DNA of 64,000 nt from Eledone cirrhosa (lineage: Eukaryota), in contig OZ024744.1 in assembly GCA_964016885.1 (NCBI GenBank), positions 113,212,001 to 113,276,000 of the forward strand, in the 5' to 3' direction. The notes beneath the pieces were generated by a model that worked only from the letters and a program-made list of their open reading frames with translations, was not told the origin of the DNA and made no database searches. Of the stretch, positions 62,885-64,000 are shown piece after piece. How positions within the stretch are numbered: the first letter of the stretch is position 1; every line of letters starts with the position of its first letter. A program made the position numbers and the translations under genes.

Positions 62885-64000
62885 ATTGTTACAATAAAAT
62901 ACACCCAGTACACTCTGTAAACTGGTAGTGCTCATGGTATGATAAAATACACCCAGTACACTCTGTAATGTGGTAGTGGTGGTGTCATGATAAAATACAC
63001 TCAGTACACTCTGTAAAGTGGTAGTGTTCGTGTCACAATAAAATACACCCAGTACACTCTGTAAACTGGTAGTGCTCATGGTATGATAAAATACATCCAG
63101 TACACTCTGTAATGTGGTAGTGGTGGTGTCATGATAAAATACACTCAGTACACTCTGTAAAGTGGTAGTGTTCGTGTCACAATAAAATACACCCAGTACA
63201 CTCTGTAATGTGGTAGTGCACGTGGTATGATAAAATACACCCAGTACACAATGTAAAGTGGTTGTATAGGTGTCATGATATAATACACCCAGTATACTCT
63301 GTAAAGTGGTAATGTTGGTGTTATGATAAAATACACCCAGTACACTCTGTAAAGTGGTCGTGTTGGTGTCATGATATAATACACCTAGTACACTCTGTAA
63401 TGTGGTAGTGTTGATGTCATGATAAAATACACTCAGTACACTCTGTAAAGTGGTAGTGTTGATGTCATGATAAAATACAGTCAGTACACTCTGTAAACTG
63501 GAAGTGTTGGTGTTACAATAAAATACACCCAGTACACTCTGTAAACTGGTAGTGTCATGATAAAATACACCCAGTACACTCTGTAAACTGGAAGTGTTGA
63601 TGTCATGATAAAATACACCCAGTACACTCTGTAAAGAGGTAGTGTTGGTATCACAATATAATACACCCAGTACACTCTGTAATTTGGTAGTGGTGGTGTC
63701 ATTATAAAATGATGCACCCAGTATACTTTGTAAAGAGATCATGCTGGTGTCACAATAAAATACACCTAGTACACTCTGTAAATTGGTAGTGTTGGTGTCA
63801 TGATAAAACACCCAGTACACCCTGTAAAGTGGTAGTGTTGGTGCCATGATAAAATACACCGAGTACACTCTGTAAAGTGGTAGTACTGGTGTCATGATAA
63901 AATACACCCAGTACACTCTGTAAAGTGGTAGTGCTGGTGTCATAATAAAATACACCCAGTACACTCTGTGAAGAGATGGTGCTGATGTCACAATAAAATA
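62885..64000 (-). repeat. 48-bp minisatellite, same family as 46861-51378, opposite orientation, more diverged, runs off the window
   Basis: Unit aaatacacccagtacactctgtaaagtggtagtgttggtgtcatgata is the reverse complement of the other array's unit. Confidence 0.95.

Overview
Repeat-rich, AT-rich eukaryotic (metazoan) genomic DNA. The SINE/RTE repertoire and (AT)n/(ATC)n tails suggest a cephalopod such as Octopus (inference only). Two intron-split genes lie on the minus strand: six phase-compatible exons of the N-terminal/GST-C half of GSTCD (62794->45546) and two MIT-domain exons of spastin (16715->5148). In the ~29 kb between them I found neither the GSTCD methyltransferase exons nor the first spastin exon. 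The rest is decayed mobile DNA (Tx1/L1, R4-like RLE, CR1-like, many RTE, Penelope-like, Helitron, piggyBac, a hAT MITE, two tRNA-SINE families) and at least nine minisatellite arrays, several traceable to retroelement fragments. All very long ORFs in the track come from those arrays. The best structural signals are two candidate type I hammerhead ribozymes in the Penelope-like cluster (one with a U3-A8 covariant core), a 176-bp-arm palindrome beside a GSTCD exon, several inverted duplications that would form intronic dsRNA, and a 12-kb 120-bp satellite with 22-unit higher-order periodicity. No CRISPR array or prokaryotic system is present. All calls were made by eye, without database searches.
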